Source: Microcoleaceae cyanobacterium
GTDB taxonomy: Bacteria; Cyanobacteriota; Cyanobacteriia; Cyanobacteriales; Microcoleaceae
Reading direction: 5' to 3'
Length of the DNA stretch: 52,146 bases
Assembly: GCA_051652765.1 (NCBI GenBank)
Contig: JBOFUV010000065.1
Location: 1 to 52,146 of the forward strand
The translations under genes were made by a program, and so were the position numbers. Below the pieces are notes generated by a model. The model was given only the letters and a program-made list of their open reading frames with translations. It had not been told where the DNA came from and ran no database searches. Position 1 is the stretch's first letter. Every line of letters begins with the position of its first letter. Below are positions 1 to 9,360 of the stretch, piece by piece.

Positions 1-1215
1 CCTGAGGTTGTTAAGCCAATGCCTGAAATAGAACGACCAATTCCAATTCCTGAAGCTGTTAGCCCAATACCTGAGGCACTTTGACCAATTCCAATACCTG
101 AAGTTGTTAGGCCAATACCTGAAGTTGTTAAGCCAATGCCTGAAATAGAACGACCAATTCCAATACCTGAGGTTGTTAGTCCAATACCTGAGACACTTTG
201 ACCAATTCCAACACCAGAAGTTGTTAAGCCAATACCTGAAGCTGTTAAACCGATGCCAGAAGTTGTTAAGCCAATGCCTGAAATAGAACGACCAATTCCA
301 ATACCTGAGGTTGTTAGTCCAATACCTGAAGTTGTTAGTCCAATGCCTGAAGCTGTTAAACCGATGCCAGAAGTTGTTAAGCCAATGCCTGAAATAGAAC
401 GACCAATTCCAATGCCAGAAGCTGTTAGCCCAATACCTGAGGTTGTTAGTCCAATACCTGAGACACTTTGACCAATTCCAACACCAGAAGTTGTTAAGCC
501 AATGCCTGAAATAGAACGACCAATTCCAATACCAGAAGTTGTTAGGCCAATGCCAGAAGTTGTTAAACCAATACCAGAAGTTGTTAGGCCAATGCCTGAG
601 GTTGTTAAGCCAATGCCTGAGACACTTTGACCAATTCCAATACCGGAAGCAGTTAAGCCAATTCCAGAAGTTGTTAGTCCAATACCTGAAGCTGTTAAAC
701 CAATGCCTGAGGTTGTTAGTCCAATGCCTGAGGTTGTTAGTCCAATTCCTGAAGTTGTTAAGCCAATTCCAGACATGGAACGACTAATTCCAACACCTGA
801 AACTGTTAGCCCAATACCAGAAGTTGTTAGGCCAATGCCTGAGGCAGTTAAGCCAACACCGGAAGCGGTTAAGCCAATCCCTGAGGTATTGAAACCAGTC
901 CCTGAAGTTGTTAAACCAATTCCTGAGGCAGTTAGTCCAATGCCTGAAGTTGTTAAACCAATTCCTGAGGCGGTTAAGCCAACACCGGAAGCGGTTAAAC
1001 CAATTCCTGAGGCAGTTAGTCCAATGCCTGAAGCGGTTAAGCCAATTCCTGAGGCAGTTAGCCCAACGCCTGAAGTTGTTAAACCAATACCTGAGGCGGT
1101 TAAGCCAATACCTGAAGTTGTTAAACCAATACCTGAAATCATTGTCCCAATGCCAGAAGCAGTTAAGCCAACGCCAGACGCGCTCTCACCAACACCAGAA
1201 GCCCACTGTCCAACG
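1..1215 (-). repeat. Coding tandem repeat array: 45 x 21-bp plus 10 x 27-bp units encoding mostly SG[IV]GLT[TA] and SG[IV]GIG(RSI/QSV/QSA)
   Basis: Unit count gives 45x21+10x27=1215, matching the array boundary at 1215/1216. Most variation between units is synonymous in the minus frame. Confidence 0.95.
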
Positions 1216-2066
1216 CTAGAGGGAAACACATAGGAACTGATCACCTCTTCGTGAGTAAGGAGTTGATGCCTAGAGCCAAAGATAGAACCTGCAACCCTTC
1301 TAGCTTCAGACTCCTTAGACAAACCAAACAGTTTGCTAAGGAGTTGGTTTGGGTCAATGCCATAAGAGCGAGTTGGTGGTTCAAGCTCTAGGAACTTTCT
1401 ACCGTGGAGATCATCATCCCAGGAAACAGTAATAAACTGATCCTCAATCCAATCAGAAGGATAAATTGGAGGAACCCGAACTGCTGCAGAACGAGCCAAC
1501 CCTAACCAACGGCCATCCGCACAACGATAACCAATCTCGATTACATAGTCGCGATCGCTGACCGGAACCGGAACGTACCACTCTCGAACAATCTCATCAC
1601 AAGGATACTCTTGAATACTGTGGGGACTCTGATACTCAAGGTTAATATCAGTAACATCATAAATTCGCAGGGCCAACTGTTGGCCACCCTGGCGGCGGAG
1701 CTCTTCTTTTTGTTCCTCTGCAATATCCCAGTAGGCGTAGGCCCATTCTGGATCTCTTGCCATTAAAACAATACGACTAACACCATAGCCGCTTGGCAAG
1801 CCAACCAAACGCTCATCAACCAGTGATAATGAGCCATTCTCCTGACTCCCCTGATCAACCAAAAAGTCTTCAACTTCCACTGCTTCCTGTGCCTCCAACG
1901 GGAGAGATGGACGAATTGAACTAAACCCTTGACGCTGAACTTCCTGGATTGCAGCCAAAAGCTGGGATTTTCGCATCCGACTATAGCGAGAAATGCCACA
2001 CTCACTTGCAACCTTGCGAAGTTGCCGCAAAGTCATATCTTCTAGGGGAGGACGTTCCTTTACCAT
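1..2066 (-). CDS. Rho termination factor N-terminal domain + DUF4912 protein with very long Ser/Gly/Thr repeat region (3' end outside window)
   Basis: Translated by hand from ATG at 2066: MVKERPPLEDMTLRQLRKVASECGISRYSRMRKSQLLAAIQE (Rho_N-like), LPSGYGVSRIVLMARDPEWAYAYWDI...REWYVPVPVSDRDYVIEIGYR (DUF4912), SSYVFPSSVGQWA, then repeats. No stop codon down to position 1, so the ORF track omits it. Confidence 0.92.
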   Translation of the reverse strand, partial: MVKERPPLEDMTLRQLRKVASECGISRYSRMRKSQLLAAIQEVQRQGFSSIRPSLPLEAQEAVEVEDFLVDQGSQENGSLSLVDERLVGLPSGYGVSRIVLMARDPEWAYAYWDIAEEQKEELRRQGGQQLALRIYDVTDINLEYQSPHSIQEYPCDEIVREWYVPVPVSDRDYVIEIGYRCADGRWLGLARSAAVRVPPIYPSDWIEDQFITVSWDDDLHGRKFLELEPPTRSYGIDPNQLLSKLFGLSKESEARRVAGSIFGSRHQLLTHEEVISSYVFPSSVGQWASGVGESASGVGLTASGIGTMISGIGLTTSGIGLTASGIGLTTSGVGLTASGIGLTASGIGLTASGIGLTASGVGLTASGIGLTTSGIGLTASGIGLTTSGTGFNTSGIGLTASGVGLTASGIGLTTSGIGLTVSGVGISRSMSGIGLTTSGIGLTTSGIGLTTSGIGLTASGIGLTTSGIGLTASGIGIGQSVSGIGLTTSGIGLTTSGIGLTTSGIGLTTSGIGIGRSISGIGLTTSGVGIGQSVSGIGLTTSGIGLTASGIGIGRSISGIGLTTSGIGLTASGIGLTTSGIGLTTSGIGIGRSISGIGLTTSGIGLTASGIGLTTSGVGIGQSVSGIGLTTSGIGIGRSISGIGLTTSGIGLTTSGIGIGQSASGIGLTASGIGIGRSISGIGLTTS

Positions 2067-2232
2067 AACTAGATAGTCTCCACTTTCTACAACAACAGGC
2101 GGATGACTGTAGAGGTTCTTCGGGATCGACGGGATCACTCGCTTAATGAACTATGTTGCAGGAAATTTCCAAATGGGTCAAGGGAGAAACCAAAAGAAAT
2201 ATGAGTACATATACAGATTCTCGTAGACACAG

Positions 2233-2292
2233 GGATCAGAATGTCAGGGTTTCTTGATATCTTCAGGATCAGAATGTCAAGGTTTCTTGATA
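2233..2292. repeat. 27-bp direct repeat x2 (GGATCAGAATGTCARGGTTTCTTGATA), 33-bp period
   Basis: Copies at 2233-2259 and 2266-2292 with one mismatch, upstream of the DUF4912 gene. Confidence 0.85.
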
Positions 2293-2320
2293 AACAGTTC
2301 AGATCCCATCCTTATGGCGG

Positions 2321-3313
2321 CTAGATATCTCCTTCTCCTTCAAATAGTGTTGTCAGAGGTTGTGCGTCTAGACAATCTATCTCGCGCAAATAACGGGACA
2401 GGACTTCGCTCTGGCCGTGGGTTGCATAAACTGTCTTAGCTCCAGTTTGCTGTACCGTTTGCACTAGACCTTTCCAATCCGCATGGTCAGAGAGCACAAA
2501 CCCCTGTTCATAGCCTCGTCTTCGTCTTACCCCTCGAACGGCCATCCATCCAGACGCAAAAGCGGTTTGGGGCTGAGAAAACCGTTTCATCCAAGTCGAA
2601 CGGTGAGCCGAGGGCGGAGCCAGAATTAAATCTCCCTTGAACTTGTAACTCCGGGGCTGTTCTGAAATCAAGGCCGTTGGTATCATTTCCACGCCAACAC
2701 TCCGATAAACCTCTGTCAACCCGTGAATTGCCCCATGAACATACACAGTTTGGTGGGTCAATTGGCGCAATTCCGCCAGAATCCGCTGGGCTTTTCCAAA
2801 GGCGTAACAAAATAGCAGCGAAGGGGATTCTCGGTCACTCTGCCACCACTCATAGATCCCTTGGCAAGTGCTGGCCCCTGTTTTCCAATCGTAAATAGGC
2901 AGCCCAAAGGTTGCCTCCGTAATGAACGTATTGCAGGGAACTACTTCAAAAGGAGCACAAGTTGGGTCAGCACAGCGTTTGTAGTCTCCAGAAACCACCC
3001 AAACTTCGTCATGATGTTCTACCCGGATCTGAGCCGAACCTAAAACGTGCCCTGCCGAATGAAAAGACACCCAAGTGTTGCCAACTTTTACTTTTTCTCC
3101 ATACTGAACTCCCTGCAAATCAATCCCGTCTCCCAATCGCTTCTGCAAAATGCCTGAGGAAATTGCCGTTGCGATGTATTTCTGACACCCATAGCGAGCA
3201 TGATCCGAATGGGCATGGGTAATCAAAGCCAGCTCTACCGGCTTCCAGGGATCAATATAAAACTCTCCCGCTTGACAATAGAGCCCCTCTGGGAGCACAG
3301 AAATTAGAGGCAT
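2321..3313 (-). CDS. Ligase-associated DNA damage response exonuclease (metallo-beta-lactamase/beta-CASP fold)
   Basis: Motifs THAHSDH, AGHVLGS, SGDYK, ITEATF, YAFGKAQR, ASGWM and LSDHAD; 330 aa. Confidence 0.9.
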   Translation of the reverse strand: MPLISVLPEGLYCQAGEFYIDPWKPVELALITHAHSDHARYGCQKYIATAISSGILQKRLGDGIDLQGVQYGEKVKVGNTWVSFHSAGHVLGSAQIRVEHHDEVWVVSGDYKRCADPTCAPFEVVPCNTFITEATFGLPIYDWKTGASTCQGIYEWWQSDRESPSLLFCYAFGKAQRILAELRQLTHQTVYVHGAIHGLTEVYRSVGVEMIPTALISEQPRSYKFKGDLILAPPSAHRSTWMKRFSQPQTAFASGWMAVRGVRRRRGYEQGFVLSDHADWKGLVQTVQQTGAKTVYATHGQSEVLSRYLREIDCLDAQPLTTLFEGEGDI

Positions 3314-3323
3314 GGCAAGAGCC

Positions 3324-4760
3324 CTATCCTTTGTTTAAAGCAATCATTCGGTCGTACACCATTTGAGAGAGGCCAGGAAAAAAAGTAGCATCGGCGCTGT
3401 AGGGAACACCTTCTGCAAACACCGTGAGAATATAAGCCACCTTGCCAGATTGATCTCGAATAAAGGCAGTCTCAGTTCGGCTATCGGAAGTCCAACCCAC
3501 TTTGGACGCAAACTCAACAGGTTGACCAACAAAAGGTTCCCCTAAGAACTCGTAAAGGGCAGTGTATTCTTCTTGTTGCCAAGTCTCAGGATTTAGATTG
3601 CGCGTTAATAATTCGATCATAGCTTTGCTGGCTTTGGGTGAAATCGCTTTTCCCAGAACAATTTCATACATGAGTCGTCCAGCTTGGGCGGCGCTGATCC
3701 GGTTTCGGATGGGTTTGTCAGGATTGCCCCGCATTTTCAGTTCCCAGCCCTCTGGATAGTCCATGGTCAGGGAGGGAATTGGGTAATTTTTCTGGCTAAT
3801 ATCAATTTGTTTGTAGCCAGCATTTTGAAAAAATCGATTAACAGAATGACGTTGGTTGAGCCAGGTTTTGTAGTCCTTGAGCTGTGTTTCCACTGTTGCA
3901 GTTGGGTGAGCTAGCTGATCAACAATGTGACTGGCTGATTCATTATCTGAATCCTGAATCAGCTTACAGATATCAGTCAGGCAGTCAGGAGTGTAGGACA
4001 CCAACTGTTCAGGCAACTGTTTGGCCTCAACTTGGCCATAGAGAGCAGCCATCCAGAATAGCTTGGCAACGCTAGCCGGAAATCTCAGGGTTTGGCTGCG
4101 ATATTCAGCAAACGCCTTGTACTGGACATCAATCAAATGAATCGATAAAGTCTCAACCGGAAGGTTTTGACTAACGGCAAGATTCACTCCTTCATCTACA
4201 ATAGTTTGCAGCTCAACACTGTACCTTAAGTCCGGGGTAACCCGTGGACTGTAGATGAGGTTTGAAGTTTTTGAAGTTTTTGAAGTTTTTGAAACTTTTG
4301 AAGTTTCTGAAGTTTTTGAAGTCTGGAGGGCTGGGGAGACCGGTAAAGGTGTAGAAACGTTGTGAGTGTCTGCCAAGGTCAAGGTTGAGGACGCGACAGT
4401 GCTAGGTGCTGGGTTTTCGCCTCTGGTTCCATGGGAAGCCAAGGGAGTCAGAAACCGCAAGGCCAAAATCGCTCCAGTTGCTCCTAACAGGATTCCACTG
4501 CTCCAGACCAAAATAGAGCGAACCCATTGTATTGAGGAACTTCGCTTTCGAGACGATTTTCGAGATGATCGAGTATTCCTAGGATTCTGACTGGGAGATC
4601 GTAACGCGGCCTGAGGTTGATCGTTCTCTAGGTAAGCCACTCGTTTTTGGAGTTGAACAATGGCTTTGCTCGCCCGACGCAGCTTAATTTCCAGTTCGGT
4701 CACTCTTTCCTCAAGCTGAGGGTCGGGAGTTGGGGGAAATTCTGGGATCACAGGTTGCAC
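3324..4760 (-). CDS. Membrane-anchored serine hydrolase (class A beta-lactamase-like / low-MW PBP)
   Basis: SxxK (PASVAK), SDN (DSDNES) and KxG (SKVGW) motifs; N-terminal coiled coil, one TM helix and a KTS-repeat linker. Confidence 0.85.
   Translation of the reverse strand: MQPVIPEFPPTPDPQLEERVTELEIKLRRASKAIVQLQKRVAYLENDQPQAALRSPSQNPRNTRSSRKSSRKRSSSIQWVRSILVWSSGILLGATGAILALRFLTPLASHGTRGENPAPSTVASSTLTLADTHNVSTPLPVSPALQTSKTSETSKVSKTSKTSKTSNLIYSPRVTPDLRYSVELQTIVDEGVNLAVSQNLPVETLSIHLIDVQYKAFAEYRSQTLRFPASVAKLFWMAALYGQVEAKQLPEQLVSYTPDCLTDICKLIQDSDNESASHIVDQLAHPTATVETQLKDYKTWLNQRHSVNRFFQNAGYKQIDISQKNYPIPSLTMDYPEGWELKMRGNPDKPIRNRISAAQAGRLMYEIVLGKAISPKASKAMIELLTRNLNPETWQQEEYTALYEFLGEPFVGQPVEFASKVGWTSDSRTETAFIRDQSGKVAYILTVFAEGVPYSADATFFPGLSQMVYDRMIALNKG
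4261..4322 (-). repeat. 9-bp coding tandem repeat (about 7 copies; TSKTSETSKVSKTSKTSKTS linker)
   Basis: TTTGAAGTT units on the plus strand. Confidence 0.85.
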
Positions 4761-4980
4761 TCACTCCTCTTAATTCAATTCCATATCTTAAACCAAATCT
4801 CTCAAATCTTTAATGGCGACAGACTCATGGTGACAGATGCTTAGGTTTTTGCTGCCGCATAACTTAGCATCAAACTCATGAGAGATTGTCAACGGACAAC
4901 AAATCTTGAACAATAGGTTAAAACCAATAGATTAAGTAGATTCCATTCTCTTGCTCATTCACCCCTTCAGCTCACACCCT

Positions 4981-6687
4981 ATGGTCGATTCCCTGTTTGT
5001 GATTAACCATCTGCGGGTTGCTTATCCGAGTCGCAATCTCCAACAGACTTGGGCTGTGGATGATGTTTCCCTGACTTTGAGTCCGGGGGAACGGCTGGGG
5101 TTAGTCGGGGAATCTGGCTGTGGCAAGTCAACTCTGGGGCGGGCGGTGATGCGACTGTTGCCAGCATCCAGTCAAATTGAAGGGCAAATCAGGTTTGAGG
5201 GACGGTCTGTCCTGGAGATGAGCCCAGCAGAACTGCGGCGATTTCGGGGGGAAGCAGTGGCCTTAGTCTTTCAAGATCCCATGACTCGGCTTGATCCCCT
5301 CATGACGATTGGAGCCCACTGTGTAGGAACCCTCAAAGCTCATCGTCCTCAGTTATCTTCCGCTCAAGCTCAGGCCAAAGCGATTGAAACCCTGGAAGCC
5401 GTTCAGATTCCAGCCCGTCGTTGGTCTCAATATCCCCATGAATTCAGCGGCGGAATGCGGCAGCGGGTGGCGATCGCCCTCGCCTTACTCCTAAATCCTA
5501 AATTAATTGTTGCCGATGAACCCACGACCAGTTTAGATGTAACGATTTCAGCCCAAATTCTCCAGGAATTGACCCGACTGTGTGAGGAACGGGGAACGGC
5601 AATTCTGTTGATCTCCCATGATTTAGCCATGGTAGGAGAATATTGTCAGCGAATTGCGGTTATGTACGGTGGCAAGATTGTAGAAACAGGATCATCTCAG
5701 CACGTCTTTAAAAACCCCTGTCACGACTATACAAAATCTCTATTAAATTCGGCTTTACATATTCATACTACAGTAGATCATTTCGTAGAGTTTGATCAGA
5801 TCCGTTCTGGAGCCAACAATCAACCCGGTTCGGTTAAAATCAAGGCTCCAAGCGCTAACATTAAGGCTTCAATTCAGCCATTATTAACGATTAAAAATCT
5901 TCAGCAACATTACATATTAGAATCAGGCTGGATGCAGCAGATTTTTACTAGAAATCATACCGTCATTAAAGCCGTAGATGATGTGAGCTTAGAACTGTAT
6001 TCCGGTGAGATTTTAGGTTTGGTGGGAGAATCTGGCTGTGGTAAAAGTACCCTTTCAAGAACCATTTTGCAACTTGTTGATCCAACGGCGGGAAGTGTGA
6101 TCTTCAACAATACTGAACTAACGACCCTCTCTTCAATGGCAATGCAGCCCTATCGTCGGCAAATCCAAATGATTTTTCAAGATCCAAATGCTTGTTTAAA
6201 TCCAACCATGACCGTGGGTAAAAGTATTGCCGATCCCTTGTTAATTCATCAATTGGCAACGCCGAAAGCTGCTGAAATACAAGTACTAGAAATGCTGGAA
6301 CGAGTTGGACTCACTCCAGCTAAAAATTATTATAACCGTTATCCCAAACAACTGTCTGGTGGACAGCAGCAACGGGTGGCGATCGCTAGGGCGTTGATTA
6401 CTCATCCACAACTTGTGATTTGTGATGAGCCTGTGAGTATGCTAGATGCGAGTGTTCAGGCCCAGGTTTTAGAACTGATGTTGGAGTTGAAACGGGAGTT
6501 TAATTTGACCTATTTATTTATTACCCATGATCTCTGGGTCGCGCGGTATTTATGTGATCGAATTGCTGTAATGAATGCCGGAAAAATTGTAGAGCTAGGC
6601 GAAACAGAAACAATTTTTACTCGACCTCAACACCCTTATACTCAAACCTTACTAAAGGCAGCACCTCTATTAACTCAATTCATTTAA
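4981..6687 (+). CDS. Dipeptide/oligopeptide ABC transporter ATP-binding protein (fused double NBD)
   Basis: Two GESGCGKST Walker A motifs, [14 protein letters not shown] signatures, two DEP Walker B motifs and HPYT tail. ATG 4981 is preferred over TTG 4951. Confidence 0.92.
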   Translation: MVDSLFVINHLRVAYPSRNLQQTWAVDDVSLTLSPGERLGLVGESGCGKSTLGRAVMRLLPASSQIEGQIRFEGRSVLEMSPAELRRFRGEAVALVFQDPMTRLDPLMTIGAHCVGTLKAHRPQLSSAQAQAKAIETLEAVQIPARRWSQYPHEFSGGMRQRVAIALALLLNPKLIVADEPTTSLDVTISAQILQELTRLCEERGTAILLISHDLAMVGEYCQRIAVMYGGKIVETGSSQHVFKNPCHDYTKSLLNSALHIHTTVDHFVEFDQIRSGANNQPGSVKIKAPSANIKASIQPLLTIKNLQQHYILESGWMQQIFTRNHTVIKAVDDVSLELYSGEILGLVGESGCGKSTLSRTILQLVDPTAGSVIFNNTELTTLSSMAMQPYRRQIQMIFQDPNACLNPTMTVGKSIADPLLIHQLATPKAAEIQVLEMLERVGLTPAKNYYNRYPKQLSGGQQQRVAIARALITHPQLVICDEPVSMLDASVQAQVLELMLELKREFNLTYLFITHDLWVARYLCDRIAVMNAGKIVELGETETIFTRPQHPYTQTLLKAAPLLTQFI

Positions 6688-6820
6688 CTTATGGCTGCAA
6701 CTTGATTTTAGACACAGTAACCTATCCTTTTTTGTACAAAGTCAAGCTGTAATATAGCGATCACAAATGGTTTTGGAGGCAGGGGGCAGGTGCGTAAGTT
6801 CTACCTGATCCACACCCTAC

Positions 6821-7825
6821 CTAAAGTAAACCTTCAGGTGCAGAGGAACTGAAGAAGCCATCAGCAACAAAAAAGATTTCGCCACCTGCCATCTGAGCTT
6901 GAAATTCGGGAGCAATAAATGTTCCTTGCTCAACTAGGAAAACTGTTTTTCCTGGCAAGTGAGAGTCATAGAGAAAAAGCTCGTCTATAGGTTGTGCTTG
7001 CTCAAATACATCACTATTAATATGTCCTTGCAGCTCATCTAAAGCTGCTTCTAAACCTTCTAGCAAAAGCGGATCACCACCTTTAGCCTTTAAATTCTCA
7101 ATTTCTTGAATCAAATTAGCTTCAGCATCCAATAGCATTTGTGAAGGATCATAAGATTCAAAGTTAGTTAGCGGGTCAGAAACTTGCGAATCGATTTCTA
7201 CTTCTAGATAGTCTGCAGATCTGACAGGGATGATTTGCATCGAAGACAAAAGTTGAAGAGGATCATTGATTAAGTCACCAAGACCCAGTAAATTTGCCAT
7301 GTAATCTTCAGAATAAGAATCACCAATTAGCAAATCTTCTCCCACTTGTTTTAATTTCAGAAAGTAGGGAATATCATCACTACTAGAAGTACTCAAAAAG
7401 CCAGAGTCAAAAGAACTTTCTCCCATTGCACTAAGTTGTTCGATTGCAAAAGTATCACCCTCAACCTGATTAAAATCAAGAGTAGTGTCTGCGTTAGATA
7501 CTCCTCCACCAAGAATAAATAAATCTGAGCCACTTCCTCCAGAGATCAAGTCTTGACCACGACCGCCTCGAACAGCATCTGCTCCAGTATCTCCAAACAA
7601 TGTATCTACTCCATCACCTCCATCAACATTGTCATTGCCCTGGCCACCATACAAGATGTCTGGGCCTGCATTTCCAAAAGCAAAGTCATTTTCAGTATTG
7701 CCACTAATGACATCATTTGCATTAGCTCCATCAAGAGAATCATTCCCTTGAAGGCCAAATATTTGATCAGGGAAAGGTGTGCCTACCCGAAAATCGTTAC
7801 CAGGTGTACCTTGAATAAGTGCCAT
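6821..7825 (-). CDS. RTX/hemolysin-type calcium-binding repeat protein with acidic C-terminal region
   Basis: GGxGxD nonapeptides (GGQGNDNV, GGDGVDTL, GGRGQDLI, GGSGSDLF). Likely start is MALIQG at 7825. Confidence 0.8.
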   Translation of the reverse strand: MALIQGTPGNDFRVGTPFPDQIFGLQGNDSLDGANANDVISGNTENDFAFGNAGPDILYGGQGNDNVDGGDGVDTLFGDTGADAVRGGRGQDLISGGSGSDLFILGGGVSNADTTLDFNQVEGDTFAIEQLSAMGESSFDSGFLSTSSSDDIPYFLKLKQVGEDLLIGDSYSEDYMANLLGLGDLINDPLQLLSSMQIIPVRSADYLEVEIDSQVSDPLTNFESYDPSQMLLDAEANLIQEIENLKAKGGDPLLLEGLEAALDELQGHINSDVFEQAQPIDELFLYDSHLPGKTVFLVEQGTFIAPEFQAQMAGGEIFFVADGFFSSSAPEGLL

Positions 7826-8021
7826 CTTCAGACTCCAATAGTTCAACTGAGCAGGTTTAGTTCTGGATCTCGGTCGATTCGATTAAGCCAATTTGCTCCA
7901 TTATCTTATCAAGAAAAATTCTTAACAAAATCTCATATAAGAAACGCTCATTCACTCTCCCATTTTTTGGAAACTCACTTATGATGCTGTTCGCGATCAG
8001 CCACAAACCAGAAGTTCTTAA

Positions 8022-8779
8022 GGCGATGGCCGCTCGGCACGATTTGCTCCCAACTTCTGGGCCTGGAAATCGGGAGTGTTTGTCTTTGCTAGCCCAAACG
8101 TTGCTCAGGACGAAGCCAGACTGCAAGCCGCAGCACTGGACGACTTAGACCTCAGCGAACCCGTACCCCAAGAACGCATTGCTGAACTGGAAGGACTCCT
8201 GATGGAACACTACCCTGCCGGACGACCCTGCCCTCCCGAACATTGGGAAACCTGCAGCGATCTCTTTCTAAAACTGGGAAAAGTCTACTTGAGCCGCGAA
8301 AATTATCCGCAAGCCGAAGCCTATCTGCAAGAATCCTCCAAGTTCGTCCAGAAACTCAACAACCCACAACGAACTGCCGAATCCTTCCGGTATTGGGGTA
8401 GCGCCCTTTCCGACTTAGGCCACTACGAAGAAGCGATCGCCGCCTATGACAAAGCCCTGGCAATCAAACCCGACGACCCTGAAGCCTGGAACAACCGAGG
8501 ATTGCCCTTAGGAATTTAGGTCGCTACGAAGAAGCGATCGCCTCCTACGACAAAGCCCTTGAATTCAAACCCGACGCTGCTTCTGCTTTTTACAACAAAG
8601 CCTGTTGTTATGGCTTGCAAAATAACGTTGAACTTGCCCTTGAAAATCTTGAACAAGCGATTAAGCTTGATCGGAAATATTTAGAAATGGCAAAGACAGA
8701 TTCTGACTTTGATCGTATTCGGGAGGATGAACGGTTTCAGGCGTTGGTTCGGGGGTGTTTGGCGGGGAGTGAAGGTTAG
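8022..8779 (+). pseudogene. TPR-repeat protein, 5'-truncated and frameshifted at about 8500
   Basis: The frame upstream of 8076 reads RFAPNFWAWKSGVFVF back to a stop at 8019-8021 with no start. After NNR, CGA-GG-ATT lacks one base; the shifted frame continues IALRNLGRYEEAIASYDKALEFKPD...FYNKACCYGLQ...KTDSDFDRIREDERFQALV to TAG at 8777-8779. Confidence 0.8.
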
Positions 8780-9078
8780 TCTGGCGTTTCAATTAATTCT
8801 TGTAAGTCTTCGTAATCATAGGGTGGACGTTGACGAACAGCCAGAACATCAATTGCTCGATCAAATTCCGCGATCACATAAATAATTCGCCATTTATCCA
8901 ACCGAATTCGCCGCAATTCTCTCGTATCATCAGGAACATCTAGCGCCTTGCTCGAGCCTGGTCGAGGTTCATCTGCCAAGTTTGAAATTACAGTTCTAAT
9001 TCTCTGACGCACGTTACCAGGAAGTGCCTTGATTGTCTGAAAAGTATCGGGAACAATGTAAATCTTATACTGACTCAT
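8776..9078 (-). CDS. Type II toxin, RelE/ParE family
   Basis: 100 aa with LADEPRP...RRIRLDKWRIIY...VLAVRQR pattern; ATGA overlap with the upstream gene. Confidence 0.85.
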   Translation of the reverse strand: MSQYKIYIVPDTFQTIKALPGNVRQRIRTVISNLADEPRPGSSKALDVPDDTRELRRIRLDKWRIIYVIAEFDRAIDVLAVRQRPPYDYEDLQELIETPD

Positions 9079-9299
9079 GCAAGTTCATGTTCGATATCAT
9101 CCCATTTCAACCATCCTGCTTTTTCACGGTTTCCATCTGCTGCTTTCAATTGGTCAAACGCGGTTTTTGCAATCTGGATATCCTCAACTGTTTCTAACCA
9201 TTCAATTAAGTTATTCCAGTCCTCAGCATCCAGGATCGCTAAACGTTTTCCTTTCACTGTAACAAACTGAACTGATCGCAAAGCACTTAATCCAACCAT
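9075..9299 (-). CDS. Cognate antitoxin of the RelE/ParE toxin
   Basis: 74 aa, acidic (LIEWLETVEDIQIA...WDDIEHELA), upstream of and translationally coupled to the toxin. Confidence 0.75.
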   Translation of the reverse strand: MVGLSALRSVQFVTVKGKRLAILDAEDWNNLIEWLETVEDIQIAKTAFDQLKAADGNREKAGWLKWDDIEHELA

Positions 9300-9360
9300 A
9301 TTGTTCTTCTAAAATCTGTTATTATTTGTGCTCATCATAATACATCAGAATATTTTTTAT

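Noticed and set aside
1..1215. Possible CRISPR array
   Set aside because: Units are contiguous, multiples of 3 and lack unique spacers; no cas genes in the window.
253..1233. Pro/Glu/Val-rich plus-strand ORFs (PEVVKPM repeats) and LLNQ-repeat ORFs in the track
   Set aside because: Antisense shadows: the plus frame is interrupted by TGA four times and varies non-synonymously, while the minus frame is open and continuous with DUF4912.
3324..4760. Bona fide beta-lactam resistance gene
   Set aside because: Membrane-anchored class A-like serine hydrolases are common cell-wall-type enzymes in cyanobacteria; resistance cannot be inferred from these motifs.
7553..8126. ORFs 7553..7984 (+) and 7857..8126 (-)
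   Set aside because: Shadows of the RTX gene and TPR remnant with no independent coding signal.
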